A stretch of 35,710 nt of DNA from a virus (Duplodnaviria; Caudoviricetes): positions 1 to 35,710 of the IMG/VR virus record IMGVR_UViG_3300005263_000010; one strand, 5' to 3'. The notes beneath the pieces were generated by a model. That model had not been told where the DNA came from, searched no databases, and saw only the letters and a list, made by a program, of their open reading frames with translations. Both the position numbers and the translations under genes were made by a program. This document shows, piece by piece, positions 32,882 to 35,710 of the stretch. Position 1 is the first letter of the stretch. Each line of letters opens with the position of its first letter.

Positions 32882-33798
32882 CAGGCCACCCCCTGCATTT
32901 CCATGTGTGAGTCCGCCCAGTCGGTGCCGACCAGCTGCGGAATGCGGACCTCCACCTCGAGGCCCTTGAGCACCAGGCGCCGGGCGAGGGCGTAGGCGGC
33001 CTCCTGCCCGGTGAAGTTGGAGTCGTTGTCGGCGCAGATGAGCACGCTGCGAACCTCGGGCGGGGGTTCCCAGGCCTTCATCCCGTTCGCGCTGATGGCG
33101 GCCCACACGGGGAGCCCGAAGCGCTTCCCGGCGCACACTGCCGTCTCTATCCCCTCGGCGATGCCCAAGCGCTCCTGGGCCCCTCCCAGGCGCACGGCGG
33201 CCACTTCCCCGTAGGTCATGCGGACGGGATCGACGGCGGCCTTGCGGCCCTCGGGGGTGAGGTAGGTCCGGTGGATGCCGATGACCCTGGGCCCGGACCA
33301 GTCGATCATCCGGGCGAGGATGGCCGGGTGGGTGCCGCCGTCCACGGAATGCTTGAGCGCGGGGTGGAAGCGCAGGTCCTCGAGCACGGCCGCGGGATCG
33401 CCGCAGCGGGACTCCAGGTAGCGCCAGGCGGGGTCGCCGGGGGTGATGAGGCGCGCCTCGCGGAACCAGCGCCGCATGATGGCGACCTTGTCCTCGGTGG
33501 CCTTCTTCTCCTGACGCTCCGCGACGGCGATGTTGCCGATGATGGCGTCCACCTCCCGGGCGGCCTTGTCGAAGGGCCAGTGCTTGAACTCCATCAGGAG
33601 GCGCATGCCGGTGCCGGGCTCGCACTGGCTGCAGTAGTAGGTGCCGTCGCCGTCGTGATCGTCGAAGCGGAACCTGTCCTTGCCCTTGCAGATTGGGCAG
33701 GGCCCGTGCTCGTTCTTCAGGAAGGTCTCGTCAATCCCGAAGTGGATCAGGATGCCCCGCCACTTGCCGCGGGCGGCGTCTCTCGTCTTCACGCTCAT
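32881..33798 (-). CDS. DNA primase (P4 alpha-type Zn ribbon + Toprim)
   Basis: HGPCPICKGKDRFRFDD...YYCSQC; IAEGIETA; ICADND. Confidence 0.92.
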   Translation of the reverse strand: MSVKTRDAARGKWRGILIHFGIDETFLKNEHGPCPICKGKDRFRFDDHDGDGTYYCSQCEPGTGMRLLMEFKHWPFDKAAREVDAIIGNIAVAERQEKKATEDKVAIMRRWFREARLITPGDPAWRYLESRCGDPAAVLEDLRFHPALKHSVDGGTHPAILARMIDWSGPRVIGIHRTYLTPEGRKAAVDPVRMTYGEVAAVRLGGAQERLGIAEGIETAVCAGKRFGLPVWAAISANGMKAWEPPPEVRSVLICADNDSNFTGQEAAYALARRLVLKGLEVEVRIPQLVGTDWADSHMEMQGVA

Positions 33799-35300
33799 GC
33801 CGCACTCCTGCGGTGCATGAACGCGATGCGGAGGGACTTGATCTTGCCCAGGGTGGCGCGGGAGGGCTCGACGTGCGGGGCCGTCTCGATGGAGAACTCG
33901 CGCGGGGGCCAGGAGCCGGTGATGTCCTTGTAGAGGTGGGCGGCGCGCCCGGACTGCTTCTCCGGAAGGCTGTGCTGCCGGGCGTAGGTGGCCAGCTGGG
34001 CGTAGAGGTCGGCCAGGTCGGAGGCCAGTCGCTTCCCGCCCAGGACGATCTCCTGCATCTCGCCCGGCAGGTGCTCCACCAGGCTCTGCTTCACCGGCTC
34101 GTACCCGCAGCCGACGCAGCGCTTGCCCATGGGCTGATAGCCGCACTGGGGGCAGGCCCTGGGCTCGTGGTCCTCGTCCTTGCGGATCTCCTTGTCGAGC
34201 TTCTTGCCCTCGGCCAACTTTTCGAGGCCGTTGAAGAAGATCTGGCTAAAGTCGTCGGCGAACCGGATGATGTTCCCGCTGAAATCCAGGAGGTAGCAGT
34301 CCTTCTTGCCGGTGTCGGGCGAGCTTCGGAGGCCCCTGCCCCACATCTGAATGGCGGTGCTGAGGCTCTTGCGGAGGGGCCGGGCGTCGATGACGCACTC
34401 CACATCGGGCACGTCGAAGCCCTTGGCCAGCGCCTCCACGCTCACCAGGACGCGGGTGTAGCTGTTCGGGCGCCGGTAGTCCTCGAGGAGGGCCTGGCGC
34501 TCGTCGTCCTTGGTCTCGGAGGTGAAGAGGGCCGCGGGGATGCCGGCCTCGTTGAACTGCTTCGCCAGCTCTGCGCAGTGGGCGATGGTGGCCCCGAAGC
34601 AGATGGTCTTGCGCTCCCGGGCGTGCTTGGTCCACTCGGTGACGACGTCGCCGACCAGGACGAGCTCGCGCTCCTCGGCGGCCTTGTCGGACCACTCCCC
34701 GCCCACGGTGGCCGCTCCGGTCATATCCGGGCGCCGGCAGCTGAAGATCCGCATGGGCACCAGGACGCCCGACTCGGTCAGCTCGTGCATCGTGGCGGCA
34801 TTGACCAGGTTCGTGAAGACCTCGGCCAGGCCGGGGGCGAAGGGGGTGGCGGACAGCCCGATCACCTTGGCCTTGCATTCGGGGCTGGTGACGTAGTCCA
34901 CCCAGGTCTTGTAGAGGGTGTGGCACTCGTCGACGATGATCACGTCGATGTCGGTGGGCCAGCCGCGCCGCATGAGGGTCTGGACGCTGGCGATCTGGAA
35001 GTTCTTCCGCATGTCGAGGCGGGGGTGGCTGGCCTGGATGATGCTGTGGTTCCAGAGGCCGTAGCGCTCGGCGGTGTCGGAGGTCTGGCTGATGAGGGTG
35101 CGGCGGTCGCAGAGGAACATGGCGCGCCGGGCCTTCGCCAGCGTCTCCTTGATCACCCGCATGCCGAGGTAGGTCTTCCCCCCGCCTGTGGGGGCGAGGA
35201 TCAGCTGGCAGCGGTGCCCGTCGCGGACGCCTTGCCGGAGTGCTTCGTGTGCCCGGTCCTGGAACGGGCGAGGTTCGGGAAATTCGCCGTCGGTGAGCAT
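33795..35300 (-). CDS. SF2 DEAD/DEAH-box helicase with C-terminal Zn finger
   Basis: APTGGGKT, DECH, SAT, GFDVPD, QMWGRGLR, CPQC...CVGC. Confidence 0.95.
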   Translation of the reverse strand: MLTDGEFPEPRPFQDRAHEALRQGVRDGHRCQLILAPTGGGKTYLGMRVIKETLAKARRAMFLCDRRTLISQTSDTAERYGLWNHSIIQASHPRLDMRKNFQIASVQTLMRRGWPTDIDVIIVDECHTLYKTWVDYVTSPECKAKVIGLSATPFAPGLAEVFTNLVNAATMHELTESGVLVPMRIFSCRRPDMTGAATVGGEWSDKAAEERELVLVGDVVTEWTKHARERKTICFGATIAHCAELAKQFNEAGIPAALFTSETKDDERQALLEDYRRPNSYTRVLVSVEALAKGFDVPDVECVIDARPLRKSLSTAIQMWGRGLRSSPDTGKKDCYLLDFSGNIIRFADDFSQIFFNGLEKLAEGKKLDKEIRKDEDHEPRACPQCGYQPMGKRCVGCGYEPVKQSLVEHLPGEMQEIVLGGKRLASDLADLYAQLATYARQHSLPEKQSGRAAHLYKDITGSWPPREFSIETAPHVEPSRATLGKIKSLRIAFMHRRSAA

Positions 35301-35309
35301 GGGTTCACC

Positions 35310-35710
35310 TCAGGCCGTCGGGTCGAGGTCGGGGAAAAGCTCTCCCAGGTCCTCGTCGTTGGGTTCGGGTTCGGATGCTCCCGCCTCGCCCTTGTGGAGC
35401 TTCTCCAGGCGCAGGAACTTGTTCATCCAGCGCTTGGCGTCCTTGGCGAGTGCATGGTTCTGGCCCTGCAGCCCGCGGTTGCGCTCCTCGACCACCCGGG
35501 CCAGCTCGCGGAAGCGCTTGGCCTCGGCCATGGCGGCGGCCACCTGGTCGTCGGCCTCGATCACCCGGCCGAAGGACTTGTTCTCCTCCTCGGTGTCGTG
35601 CAGGAGCTTGGTGACCTCCTGCAGCCGCTCCTCCAGCTCCTGCACCGCGGTGCGCAGCCGGTCGATCTCGGCGTCAGGGGCCGGAGTGGGCCGGCGGTCG
35701 GGCAGCGGCC
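35310..35710 (-). CDS. 3' part (coiled coil, acidic tail) of the ParB-like gene starting at 565
   Basis: Frame open from the window end; joins base 1 in frame (565+401=966 nt). Confidence 0.85.
   Translation of the reverse strand, partial: PLPDRRPTPAPDAEIDRLRTAVQELEERLQEVTKLLHDTEEENKSFGRVIEADDQVAAAMAEAKRFRELARVVEERNRGLQGQNHALAKDAKRWMNKFLRLEKLHKGEAGASEPEPNDEDLGELFPDLDPTA

Larger units (their letters stand above)
1..35710. mobile_element. Complete circular temperate phage genome (P22-like podovirus architecture), excised/attP form
   Basis: Integrase+attP, immunity, replication, terminase, portal, coat, ejection and tailspike genes are all present; the two window ends join in frame inside one gene; no host genes seen. 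Confidence 0.93.

Overview
The window reads as a complete, circular 35,710-bp genome of a high-GC temperate phage with P22-like (podovirus) morphogenesis genes, in its excised form. The minus-strand ORF running off base 1 continues in frame at base 35710, giving a 321-aa ParB-like protein. An intact attP sits beside a tyrosine integrase. Its core is the 3' half of tRNA-Val(GAC), flanked by CCGTCCGCAAA arm-type repeats. Modules: (1) A lambdoid-style switch with a cro-like gene, an HTH repressor, an ImmA/IrrE metallopeptidase and a membrane protein, plus twin divergent promoters carrying GGTAAC-N7-GTTACC operators. (2) A plus-strand early operon with a RecE-like exonuclease, an SSB-like protein, a coiled-coil protein, a DUF4406-like protein, Zn-finger proteins, Xis and two cassette-like genes. 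(3) A minus-strand operon with CII-like, ParB-like, SF2 helicase, Zn-ribbon/Toprim primase, split initiator with iterons, DUF559-like nuclease, terS and terL. (4) Small genes including a BldC-like wHTH, then four tandem 9-bp repeats and a lysis cassette placed between terL and portal. (5) Portal, scaffold, coat, head-tail, ejection proteins and an SGNH-esterase tailspike. No N or Q antiterminator, annealase, CRISPR array or reverse transcriptase is recognisable. All product calls come from motif recognition by eye, not database searches.
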